A stretch of DNA of 32,000 nucleotides from Bacillus subtilis subsp. subtilis str. 168 (GTDB lineage Bacteria; Bacillota; Bacilli; Bacillales; Bacillaceae): positions 1,290,001 through 1,322,000 of the forward strand of contig NC_000964.3 of assembly GCF_000009045.1 (NCBI RefSeq). The letters are read 5' to 3'. Both the position numbers and the translations under genes were made by a program. Positions 24,453 to 31,847 of this stretch are shown here, piece by piece (the first letter of the stretch is position 1; each line of letters starts with the position of its first letter). The notes under the pieces were generated by a model. It saw nothing but the letters and a program-made list of their open reading frames with translations, had not been told where the DNA came from and ran no database searches.

Positions 24453-25724
24453 ATGACTAACATACCTTTCATTTATCAGTACGAAGAAAAAGAGAATGAA
24501 AGAGCTGCGGCGGGCTACGGCACTTTCGGTTACCTTATCACACGGATTGAAGAAACGCTTTATGATCAATACGGTGTATTCTATGAGCTCTATGCCAGTG
24601 ATGATCCAAATACGGAATACTGGGAGCTTCTTGTAGAAGATGTCCGCAGCGGTTCATTGGAGCCTGAGCATGTGGCATATATATTTGAAAAGCTTGAAAA
24701 GAAAACCTTTGCTTACGATGAAGATGAGAAAGAACCGGATTATACCGTCCATAAGTCTATAAGAAACAGTGTATACGCGTATCCTGAAAAGGGAGTTGCT
24801 TTTGCCAGAATTCCATATTTTCAAGATGGGAGCATTATGAGTTTTGATTGTCTGTTTGCGGTTAACGATGAAAAGATGCGTGCATTTCTGGAGGGAGTCA
24901 GACCGCGTCTTTGGGAAAAAAGCAAGCGGAAAGTGACCGTGTTTACGGATGGAGATGGAGGGACTTCAAGAGAGCAGGAAGCCATTGTCAGAGAGGTTCA
25001 GCGGAGTCAAGTCATCATGAATCCGCTATTGAAAAAAGAGATATACAGATCAATTGATCAGTTTTTTCATAGTGATAAATCGTTTTATCAAACATATGAC
25101 ATCCCTTACAAGCGCGGCATTCTGTTATATGGACCTCCTGGAAACGGAAAGACGACGTTAGTGAAGTCGATCGCAGGCAGTATCGATGCACCTGTTGCTT
25201 ATTGGCAAATTACTGAATTTACGTCGAGCGAGACAATAGAAGAAGTCTTTCAGGCAGCGAGACGCCTCGCTCCTGCAGTTCTGGTCATCGAGGATATAGA
25301 TTCGATGCCGGAAGATGTGCGGTCCTTTTTTCTCAATACGCTGGACGGCGCGACATCAAAAGAGGGGCTATTTCTCATCGGTACGACAAACTATCCCGAA
25401 GAGATCGATCCAGGTTTGATGAATCGTGCAGGACGATTTGACCGTGCCTATGAAATCGGGCTTCCGGATGAAGAGCTGCGGCTGGAATATATGAAAATGA
25501 GAGGCTTTGGCATCTTTTTGAGTGAAGGAGAAATAAAAAACGCCGCAAAACTTACAGAAGGCTTTTCCTTTGCACAGCTGGGAGAATTATATGTATCTTC
25601 AGCCCTTCAATGGCACCAAGAAGGGAATCACCATATTGAAACCATGGTGAAAGACATGACAGGAGAGCAAAGAAAAAGCCAGCGGGGAAGCTGGATGGAA
25701 AGAAACAAAGTCGGTTTTCACTAA
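24453..25724 (+). CDS. yjoB: AAA+ ATPase (single AAA module, Bcs1-like junction) with a unique ~200-aa N-terminal domain
   Basis: 423 aa. Start reset to the ATG at 24453 (MTNIPFIY) after AATGGAG. Walker A GPPGNGKT, Walker B VLVIEDID, second region of homology [21 protein letters not shown]. Confidence 0.93.
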
Positions 25725-25727
25725 AAG

Positions 25728-25762
25728 AAAGCACGGGTGTTTGAAAAACCCGTGCTTTTTTG
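25728..25762 (+). terminator. Rho-independent terminator of yjoB
   Basis: AAAGCACGGGT gtttgaaaa ACCCGTGCTTT followed by TTTT. Confidence 0.9.
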
Positions 25763-25792
25763 TTGCGGTTAGCCGAAATTCGACAATTGCGG
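25763..25792 (+). promoter_or_regulatory. ComA tripartite binding site (RE1-RE2 inverted repeat plus RE3)
   Basis: TTGCGG ttag CCGAAA (25763-25778) plus a third TTGCGG at 25787-25792. Consensus is TTGCGG-N4-CCGCAA. Confidence 0.8.
25779..25785 (-). promoter_or_regulatory. Spo0A box
   Basis: Plus-strand TTCGACA is TGTCGAA on the minus strand, a perfect 0A box. It is wedged between ComA RE2 and RE3. Confidence 0.6.
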
Positions 25793-25823
25793 TTATTTTG
25801 CGTTCTTCTTTTTCTTGTAAATA

Positions 25824-25832
25824 TGATAAAAT
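25824..25832 (+). promoter_or_regulatory. Extended -10 of the rapA promoter
   Basis: TGaTAAAAT. The -35 is weak, as expected for an activator-dependent promoter. Confidence 0.55.
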
Positions 25833-25868
25833 ATGACATATCTCGGGTAATTCAAAAGGGGGGATTAA

Positions 25869-27005
25869 TTGAGGATGAAGCAGACGATTCCGTCCTCTTA
25901 TGTCGGGCTTAAAATTAATGAATGGTATACTCATATCCGGCAGTTCCACGTCGCTGAAGCCGAACGGGTCAAGCTCGAAGTAGAAAGAGAAATTGAGGAT
26001 ATGGAAGAAGACCAAGATTTGCTGCTGTATTATTCTTTAATGGAGTTCAGGCACCGTGTCATGCTGGATTACATTAAGCCTTTTGGAGAGGACACGTCGC
26101 AGCTAGAGTTTTCAGAATTGTTAGAAGACATCGAAGGGAATCAGTACAAGCTGACAGGGCTTCTCGAATATTACTTTAATTTTTTTCGAGGAATGTATGA
26201 ATTTAAGCAGAAGATGTTTGTCAGTGCCATGATGTATTATAAACGGGCAGAAAAGAATCTTGCCCTCGTCTCGGATGATATTGAGAAAGCAGAGTTTGCT
26301 TTTAAAATGGCTGAGATTTTTTACAATTTAAAACAAACCTATGTTTCGATGAGCTACGCCGTTCAGGCATTAGAAACATACCAAATGTATGAAACGTACA
26401 CCGTCCGCAGAATCCAATGTGAATTCGTTATTGCAGGTAATTATGATGATATGCAGTATCCAGAAAGAGCATTGCCCCACTTAGAACTGGCTTTAGATCT
26501 TGCAAAGAAAGAAGGCAATCCCCGCCTGATCAGTTCTGCCCTATATAATCTCGGAAACTGCTATGAGAAAATGGGTGAACTGCAAAAGGCAGCCGAATAC
26601 TTTGGGAAATCTGTTTCTATTTGCAAGTCGGAAAAGTTCGATAATCTTCCGCATTCTATCTACTCTTTAACACAAGTTCTGTATAAACAAAAAAATGACG
26701 CCGAAGCGCAAAAAAAGTATCGTGAAGGATTGGAAATCGCCCGTCAATACAGTGATGAATTATTTGTGGAGCTTTTTCAATTTTTACATGCGTTATACGG
26801 AAAAAACATTGACACAGAATCAGTCTCACACACCTTTCAATTTCTTGAAGAACATATGCTGTATCCTTATATTGAAGAGCTGGCGCATGATGCTGCCCAA
26901 TTCTATATAGAAAACGGACAGCCCGAAAAAGCACTTTCATTTTATGAGAAAATGGTGCACGCACAAAAACAAATCCAGAGAGGAGATTGTTTATATGAAA
27001 TCTAA
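25869..27005 (+). CDS. rapA: Response-regulator aspartate phosphatase A (TPR protein, dephosphorylates Spo0F~P)
   Basis: 378 aa with a TTG start (MRMKQTIPSSYVGLKINEWY). TPR repeats throughout. The sequence matches RapA as I remember it. Confidence 0.96.
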   Translation: MRMKQTIPSSYVGLKINEWYTHIRQFHVAEAERVKLEVEREIEDMEEDQDLLLYYSLMEFRHRVMLDYIKPFGEDTSQLEFSELLEDIEGNQYKLTGLLEYYFNFFRGMYEFKQKMFVSAMMYYKRAEKNLALVSDDIEKAEFAFKMAEIFYNLKQTYVSMSYAVQALETYQMYETYTVRRIQCEFVIAGNYDDMQYPERALPHLELALDLAKKEGNPRLISSALYNLGNCYEKMGELQKAAEYFGKSVSICKSEKFDNLPHSIYSLTQVLYKQKNDAEAQKKYREGLEIARQYSDELFVELFQFLHALYGKNIDTESVSHTFQFLEEHMLYPYIEELAHDAAQFYIENGQPEKALSFYEKMVHAQKQIQRGDCLYEI

Positions 27006-27129
27006 ATGGATGTCAGGTTTGTTGCTCGTTGCGGTCGGGTTCAGCTTTACTCAGGTGATGGTTCATGCAGGTGAAACAGCAAACACAGAAGGGAAAACAT
27101 TTCATATTGCGGCACGCAATCAAACATGA
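26995..27129 (+). CDS. phrA: Phr pre-pro-peptide; C-terminal pentapeptide ARNQT inhibits RapA
   Basis: 44 aa (MKSKWMSGLLLVAVGFSFTQVMVHAGETANTEGKTFHIAARNQT) with a signal peptide. The ATG overlaps the rapA 3' end by 11 nt. SD AGAGGAGA. Confidence 0.95.
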   Translation: MKSKWMSGLLLVAVGFSFTQVMVHAGETANTEGKTFHIAARNQT

Positions 27130-27134
27130 TGCAT

Positions 27135-27158
27135 AAAAAAAGACCCTTAGGGCTTTTT
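27135..27158. terminator. Bidirectional terminator between convergent phrA and yjpA
   Basis: AAAAAGACCC tta GGGCTTTTT (one bulged A). Confidence 0.7.
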
Positions 27159-27414
27159 ATTTCTTCAGCTTCCATTCTTTTATCGTCAGCTCAGAAGATC
27201 CACTTGCCACCAGCGGATCCGCATGGCCGATTTCCGCTGCCTCTTCCAGTGAATCTGCTTCGATGACATACGCTCCGCCTGTGGCGTCGCTGAATGGCCC
27301 AAACATTTTTAAACGTTTTTCTGCCTGTAAACGATCCAGAAATTCATAGTGCCCAGCCACATGCTCCTGATTAAATTTCTCCGTTCTCATTGTCAGCATT
27401 AAATATGTATACAT
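27157..27414 (-). CDS. yjpA: YCII-like small protein
   Basis: 85 aa. Start reset to the ATG at 27414 (MYTYLML), 7 nt after GGAGGG. YCII-type pattern GPF...GG..I.EA.S.EEA......DP. Confidence 0.75.
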   Translation of the reverse strand: MYTYLMLTMRTEKFNQEHVAGHYEFLDRLQAEKRLKMFGPFSDATGGAYVIEADSLEEAAEIGHADPLVASGSSELTIKEWKLKK

Positions 27415-27534
27415 ATTCAGACCCTCCGTGAACTTCAGTTTAACACATTTATCCATATTACGGTGATAGATGATATGAGCTTTTCGTCCTACGAATGCCA
27501 CCTATTTATGAAAAAAGAAAAGGAGAGATGATAG

Positions 27535-28488
27535 GTGAGCATTCCAGTAAAGAAAAATTTGGTTTCTGAGGCGAAATACGCGTTGAAGTGTCCTAATGCA
27601 ATGTCCGCTGAATACATTACCATTCACAACACGGCAAACGATGCATCAGCGGCCAATGAAATCAGCTATATGATCGGGAACACAAGCTCGACAAGCTTTC
27701 ATTTTGCGGTCGATGATCAAGAGGTGATTCAAGGTCTGCCGCTTAACCGAAACGCTTGGCACACTGGTGACGGCACAAACGGTCCGGGAAACCGCAAATC
27801 AATCGGTGTTGAGATTTGCTACAGCAAATCGGGAGGCCCGAAGTATGAGGCAGCTGAAGCCTTGGCGATTTCATTTGTTGCACAGCTGTTGAAGGAGCGC
27901 GGCTGGGGCATCGATCGGGTGAGAAAGCATCAGGACTGGAGCGGAAAGTATTGCCCGCACCGCATTTTATCAGAGGGGCGCTGGGATCAAGTGAAGGCGG
28001 CGATTGAAAAGGAATTAAACGGGGGCGTATCAGCGAAAAAAGCTGCAGTCTCTTCTTCGGCGTCTGAATATCATGTAAAAAAAGGTGACACACTGTCAGG
28101 GATTGCCGCATCACACGGGGCCAGTGTGAAAACGCTGCAAAGCATAAATCATATCACTGACCCGAACCACATCAAAATCGGACAGGTGATCAAACTGCCT
28201 CAGACGGCATCTGCTTCTAAAAGCCATGCCGCATCCTCATATCCGCTCCCATCCGGCGTGATCAAAGTGACAAGCCCGCTGACGCAAGGGACAAAAGTAA
28301 AGCAGGTGCAGACTGCTTTAGCCGCTCTTTATTTTTATCCTGATAAAGGAGCGAAAAATCACGGCGTTGACGGCGTTTATGGCCCGAAAACAGCTAATGC
28401 AGTGAAACGTTTTCAGTCTGTCAGCGGTTTAACGGCTGATGGGATTTACGGTCCGAAAACGAAAGCGAAGATGGAGGAAAAGCTGTAA
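27535..28488 (+). CDS. xlyB: N-acetylmuramoyl-L-alanine amidase (Amidase_2 + LysM + PG_binding_1), phage-endolysin type
   Basis: 317 aa with a GTG start after AAAGGAGAG. N-terminal amidase_2 domain (ITIHNTAN ... HQDWSGKYCPH). LysM domain (YHVKKGDTLSGIA...IKIGQVIKLP). C-terminal PG-binding repeat (VDGVYGPKT ... ADGIYGPKT). Confidence 0.95.
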   Translation: MSIPVKKNLVSEAKYALKCPNAMSAEYITIHNTANDASAANEISYMIGNTSSTSFHFAVDDQEVIQGLPLNRNAWHTGDGTNGPGNRKSIGVEICYSKSGGPKYEAAEALAISFVAQLLKERGWGIDRVRKHQDWSGKYCPHRILSEGRWDQVKAAIEKELNGGVSAKKAAVSSSASEYHVKKGDTLSGIAASHGASVKTLQSINHITDPNHIKIGQVIKLPQTASASKSHAASSYPLPSGVIKVTSPLTQGTKVKQVQTALAALYFYPDKGAKNHGVDGVYGPKTANAVKRFQSVSGLTADGIYGPKTKAKMEEKL

Positions 28489-28491
28489 ATG

Positions 28492-28524
28492 AAAAGACGG
28501 AAGCTGTGAAGCTTCCGTCTTTTC
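28492..28524. terminator. Bidirectional terminator between convergent xlyB and yjqA
   Basis: AAAAGACGGAAGC tgtgaa GCTTCCGTCTTTT. Confidence 0.9.
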
Positions 28525-28527
28525 GCC

Positions 28528-28905
28528 TTACATACAAACTGCGGCAAGCACCTTTTGAATATCATAAATGCTTTCATCTTTTTTAAACTGCTTTGAGACA
28601 GCGGGAAGTTCCGCGCCGGAGATCCAAATTTTCAGCTCTGAATCAAGGTCAAAGCGGCCGGCAGTTTCCACGCTGAATCTGGAAATGCTTTTGTACGGAA
28701 TCGATTGAAATTCCGTTTTCTTGCCTGTAATTCCCTGTTTATCTACAAGGATAAGCCGCTTGTCAGTAAAGACAATCAAATCGCGAACCAGCTTAAACGC
28801 GGCTTCAACCTTCTCACCCTCAAGTAAAATATGGGCAAGCTCTTCTTGCACAGCTGCCGTTGACAGTGTTGATGCATTGCCGAGTAATCCATCAATAAAC
28901 CCCAT
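28528..28905 (-). CDS. yjqA: Bacterial PH-domain (bPH) protein
   Basis: 125 aa. I prefer the second ATG of ATGATG on SD spacing (GAGGAGGT). Sequence pattern LLEGEKVEAAFKLVRDLIVFTDKRLILVD is typical of bPH folds. Confidence 0.83.
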   Translation of the reverse strand: MGFIDGLLGNASTLSTAAVQEELAHILLEGEKVEAAFKLVRDLIVFTDKRLILVDKQGITGKKTEFQSIPYKSISRFSVETAGRFDLDSELKIWISGAELPAVSKQFKKDESIYDIQKVLAAVCM

Positions 28906-29010
28906 CATATACCTCCTCTGCGTATTCTATCAAATCATACTATAAAAAAGGTTTTCATTCATAGATGAGTAGAGTAAACTGGTGCTGACTGGTAAAGGGG
29001 GGCGTTCAAG

Positions 29011-29613
29011 ATGGAAGATATGTATGACAGCTTTGCGGCCCTTTCTGCTTCTGAGTCGGAGTACCGGATTATTTATGAGGAGAAAAACGGAAGTGAGCTT
29101 ATCGTCCTCGGTCCTCACGGCGGCAGAATTGAGCCTGGCGTCAGTGAACTGGTGCGGGCATTTTCGGATCGATGTTCCATCTATTTGTTTGAGGGTCTAA
29201 AGCAGCGAAACAACCGTTCCTTGCATCTCACTAGCATTCGTTTTGATGAGCCGCTGGCTTTAGAAAAAGTGAATGACCACCATTACGCATTAGCGTTTCA
29301 CGGGTATTATGATCCGAAAATCCCGCATACATTGGTCGGCGGGGCGGATCGTAAAAAAGCCAAGCTCATTTGTGAGCGTCTGAATGAAGCGGGTTTTAGC
29401 GCCGAGCTCACTAATGAGAAAGACCGCCTGGCAGGTGTACACCCAAACAATATTGTCAATCGGACGAAAAGAGAAATGGGACTGCAATTGGAGGTAAGCA
29501 CGGCACAGCGAAATGCGCTATTCCGCAATTTTGGGTGCCGTGATAAAAGCTACATACAAAACGATTTGTTTGATCGATATGTGGAAGCCGTCAAGCTTGG
29601 CTTTTATACATAA
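29011..29613 (+). CDS. yjqB: Poly-gamma-glutamate hydrolase (PghP-like, UPF0714; formerly 'phage-related replication protein')
   Basis: 200 aa. SD AAAGGGGGG 8 nt before the ATG. Family pattern [10 protein letters not shown] ... AFHGY. Recognised as YjqB. Confidence 0.85.
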
Positions 29614-29689
29614 AACTAGACGGGACCTGCACGGTTGGCCTATTCCTTCATACGCTGGGGTTGTGCGAAAGTGTGGGGAGGAATGATTC

Positions 29690-30526
29690 ATGTTTTATCA
29701 TATAAAAGAGCTTCAATATCAAGCAAAGCCAGCTCATCCCGATCCGGTTTATGCGAAAAAACTTCAAGAGGTGCTCGGCGGCCAATTCGGTGAAATTAGC
29801 GTCATGATGCAGTATTTGTTTCAAGGGTTTAACTGCAGGGCGGATGCTAAGTATAAAGATTTGTTATATGATGTGGGGACCGAAGAGATTGGGCACGTAG
29901 AAATGCTGGCAACGATGATTTCCAGGCTTCTGGACAATGCACCCGCGGATGTACAGGAGGATGCTTATAAAAGCAATCCCGCTATTGCAGCAGTCATGTC
30001 AGGGATGAACCCTCAGCACGCGATTGTGTCCGGATTGGGGGCGATGGCATCAGATAGTGAGGGCTATCCGTGGAATGCAAAATACATTATCTCAAGCGGA
30101 AACCTGCTGGCCGATTTTCGCGCTAACTTAAATGCGGAGGCCCAAGGACGCCTTCAGGTGACACGGCTTTATGCCATGACCGATGATCCAGGGGTAAGAG
30201 ATATGCTGTCATTTTTGATTGCAAGGGATACCTATCATCAAAATATGTGGTACGCGGCCATTAAAGAGCTGGAGGAAAGAGAACGGGATATTGTCGTCCC
30301 GACGACGTTTCCGCGTGAGCTCGAAAAGCAGGAAGTCTCCTATGACCTGTTTAACTTTTCCAGGGGAGATGAAAGCTCACAAGGAAGATGGGCACATGGG
30401 GAAGCCTTTGACGGCCGGGGTGAATTCAGGTATATCCCGGCTCCGATTGCGTTCGCATCTGCGCCTCATCTTAAACCGGCGCCCATGTGGCTGCATAATA
30501 CAGTTCCCCCAATGTCGAAATGTTAG
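29690..30526 (+). CDS. yjqC: Manganese (dimanganese, ferritin-like) catalase, CotJC paralogue
   Basis: 278 aa. Mn-catalase motifs GEISVMMQYLFQ and EEIGHVEML. SD GGGGAGGA. Confidence 0.92.
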   Translation: MFYHIKELQYQAKPAHPDPVYAKKLQEVLGGQFGEISVMMQYLFQGFNCRADAKYKDLLYDVGTEEIGHVEMLATMISRLLDNAPADVQEDAYKSNPAIAAVMSGMNPQHAIVSGLGAMASDSEGYPWNAKYIISSGNLLADFRANLNAEAQGRLQVTRLYAMTDDPGVRDMLSFLIARDTYHQNMWYAAIKELEERERDIVVPTTFPRELEKQEVSYDLFNFSRGDESSQGRWAHGEAFDGRGEFRYIPAPIAFASAPHLKPAPMWLHNTVPPMSKC

Positions 30527-30536
30527 GTTCTCTTCT

Positions 30537-30561
30537 GGGCTGAGGAATATATCCTCAGCCC
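30537..30561. terminator. GC-rich hairpin between convergent yjqC and xkdA (poor U-tracts)
   Basis: GGGCTGAGGA atata TCCTCAGCCC, a 10-bp perfect stem. Confidence 0.6.
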
Positions 30562-30569
30562 GTATTTGA

Positions 30570-31166
30570 TCAGATGTTTTTACCAATATGATATAACGCT
30601 TTTTCCTCAGCGACCTGCAAGTGCTGCTGATCGCCTTCCTCGTACGCATTTGGCCGCTTGTGAGATAATAAATAAGCGAGCCGCTTCTGAAATTGAATAC
30701 CTGCTTTACGCCGTTCAAACATGTCAAGCCTTTTATCAGCAAATTCCTTTGTTACCCGGAATACCGCCGCAATTGTGGCGAGTGCCTGGCTTCTCCATTG
30801 CGGCAGTTCCATCTGCAACAGCATAAAGGTTGGCACACAGAAGTGGTACATAAATTGATTTGCCTGGAATTCCTGAAGCTCTCTGAAGAGCTTGTTCATC
30901 TGAAAATGATTGCCTGCATGCTTTAACACGTGGCACAGCTCATGGCCAAAATCCTCCCATTGCTCTTCCCGTGACTTTTTTTGGTTCAATACGATACTGT
31001 ACATGCCGTCGTATTTCACCATCATGCTCCCCATATCCTCAAAATGCACCCAAATATCCAGATCCTTTGCGATTTTCAGCATGTCAATGTGATGAGGGGA
31101 TGTGATGCCCAGCCGGCCGTATAAATTTTTAACGTATTCCTCCAGATGTGATAAGTAATCGCCCAA
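30570..31166 (-). CDS. xkdA: ImmA/IrrE-family Zn-metallopeptidase (putative anti-repressor protease)
   Basis: 198 aa with a TTG start after AAAGGGAG. HExxH motif in EDFGHELCHVLKH. Confidence 0.9.
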   Translation of the reverse strand: MGDYLSHLEEYVKNLYGRLGITSPHHIDMLKIAKDLDIWVHFEDMGSMMVKYDGMYSIVLNQKKSREEQWEDFGHELCHVLKHAGNHFQMNKLFRELQEFQANQFMYHFCVPTFMLLQMELPQWRSQALATIAAVFRVTKEFADKRLDMFERRKAGIQFQKRLAYLLSHKRPNAYEEGDQQHLQVAEEKALYHIGKNI

Positions 31167-31180
31167 TTGAATACTCCCTT

Positions 31181-31194
31181 TCGAACGTTTGTTC
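31181..31194. promoter_or_regulatory. LexA (SOS / Cheo) box upstream of xkdA
   Basis: CGAACGTTTGTTCT compared with consensus CGAAC-N4-GTTCG (13 of 14). It directly abuts the xkdA SD. Confidence 0.75.
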
Positions 31195-31328
31195 TGTTTT
31201 TAGCGAGAAAGAAAAGCCCGTATAGGACTGGAAGGTAGTGTAGAAATCTTTCCCTTTTCTTTAAAAAATAAACACTTTTTTCTTTATATCGGTCTACTTT
31301 TTATATGTTTTAGAGAACAGAGAACGAT

Positions 31329-31670
31329 TTATTTATTTTTCGGTTTGCGGTTTTTCTCTTTTTCTTTTAAATAGTTGATAAATTCGATGGCCTGCTGTTT
31401 GCTTTCTGGGGAAAAATCCTGCATATCGCGGTATGCAAGCTGCAGGTCCGGATCTGAGAACATATCGTCATCGGATTTTTTGTCTTTCCCCGTTAATAAG
31501 TAATCAGTCGTTACTTGAAAGTAATCAGCCAGCTTTTGGAGTGTGTCGTAATCGGGTTCGCTTCGCCCGTTTTCATAGTGGGAATATCGTGCCCGTGACA
31601 CACCGATGTGTGATGCGATTTCTTCCTGTGTCCTTTTCCCTCTGAGACTCTTCAATCTGCCGCCTATCAT
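31329..31670 (-). CDS. xre: PBSX repressor, XRE-family HTH
   Basis: 113 aa. Start reset to the ATG at 31670 ([11 protein letters not shown]) after [33 protein letters not shown]. The ORF-track start at 31733 lies upstream of the predicted promoter. Confidence 0.93.
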
Positions 31671-31710
31671 ACTATGACCTCTCTTTTTTAAACTCCCTAC
31701 GTTACTTATG

Positions 31711-31716
31711 ATTATA
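31711..31716 (-). promoter_or_regulatory. -10 hexamer of the xre promoter
   Basis: The minus strand reads TATAAT, immediately adjacent to operator 1. The -35 (TTTATT at 17 bp) is weak. Confidence 0.5.
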
Positions 31717-31731
31717 GATACAAAATGTATC
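31717..31731. promoter_or_regulatory. Xre operator 1
   Basis: GATACAAAATGTATC, a 15-bp palindrome (GATAC-N5-GTATC). Confidence 0.85.
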
Positions 31732-31744
31732 AAAATAAAGTTAT

Positions 31745-31759
31745 GATAAAAAAAGTATC
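31745..31759. promoter_or_regulatory. Xre operator 2 (degenerate)
   Basis: GATAAAAAAAGTATC. The outer GATA/TATC is kept, and one inner arm position is changed. Confidence 0.6.
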
Positions 31760-31768
31760 AAAAATAAC

Positions 31769-31797
31769 TTGATGATACAGAATGTATCGTTTATACT
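31769..31797 (+). promoter_or_regulatory. Rightward sigma-A promoter driving xkdB and the PBSX middle genes
   Basis: TTGATG (31769-31774), 17-bp spacer, TATACT (31792-31797). Confidence 0.65.
31774..31788. promoter_or_regulatory. Xre operator 3
   Basis: GATACAGAATGTATC. It lies in the spacer of the rightward promoter. Confidence 0.85.
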
Positions 31798-31808
31798 TGG
31801 TAACATCC

Positions 31809-31823
31809 GATACAAAATGTATC
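31809..31823. promoter_or_regulatory. Xre operator 4
   Basis: GATACAAAATGTATC, identical to operator 1. It lies just downstream of the predicted rightward transcription start. Confidence 0.85.
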
Positions 31824-31847
31824 AAAAAAGATCAGGAGAGTGATCAC

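Noticed and set aside
25599-26015. 138-aa minus-strand ORF bridging yjoB, its terminator, the ComA/Spo0A boxes and the rapA start
   Set aside because: It crosses a terminator and a regulatory region and overlaps two confirmed genes. It is implausible as coding sequence.
30219-30936. Cluster of 66-121-aa ORFs on both strands over the yjqC 3' end and xkdA
   Set aside because: All of them overlap the well-motived yjqC or xkdA frames and lack SDs. One passes through the 30537-30561 hairpin.
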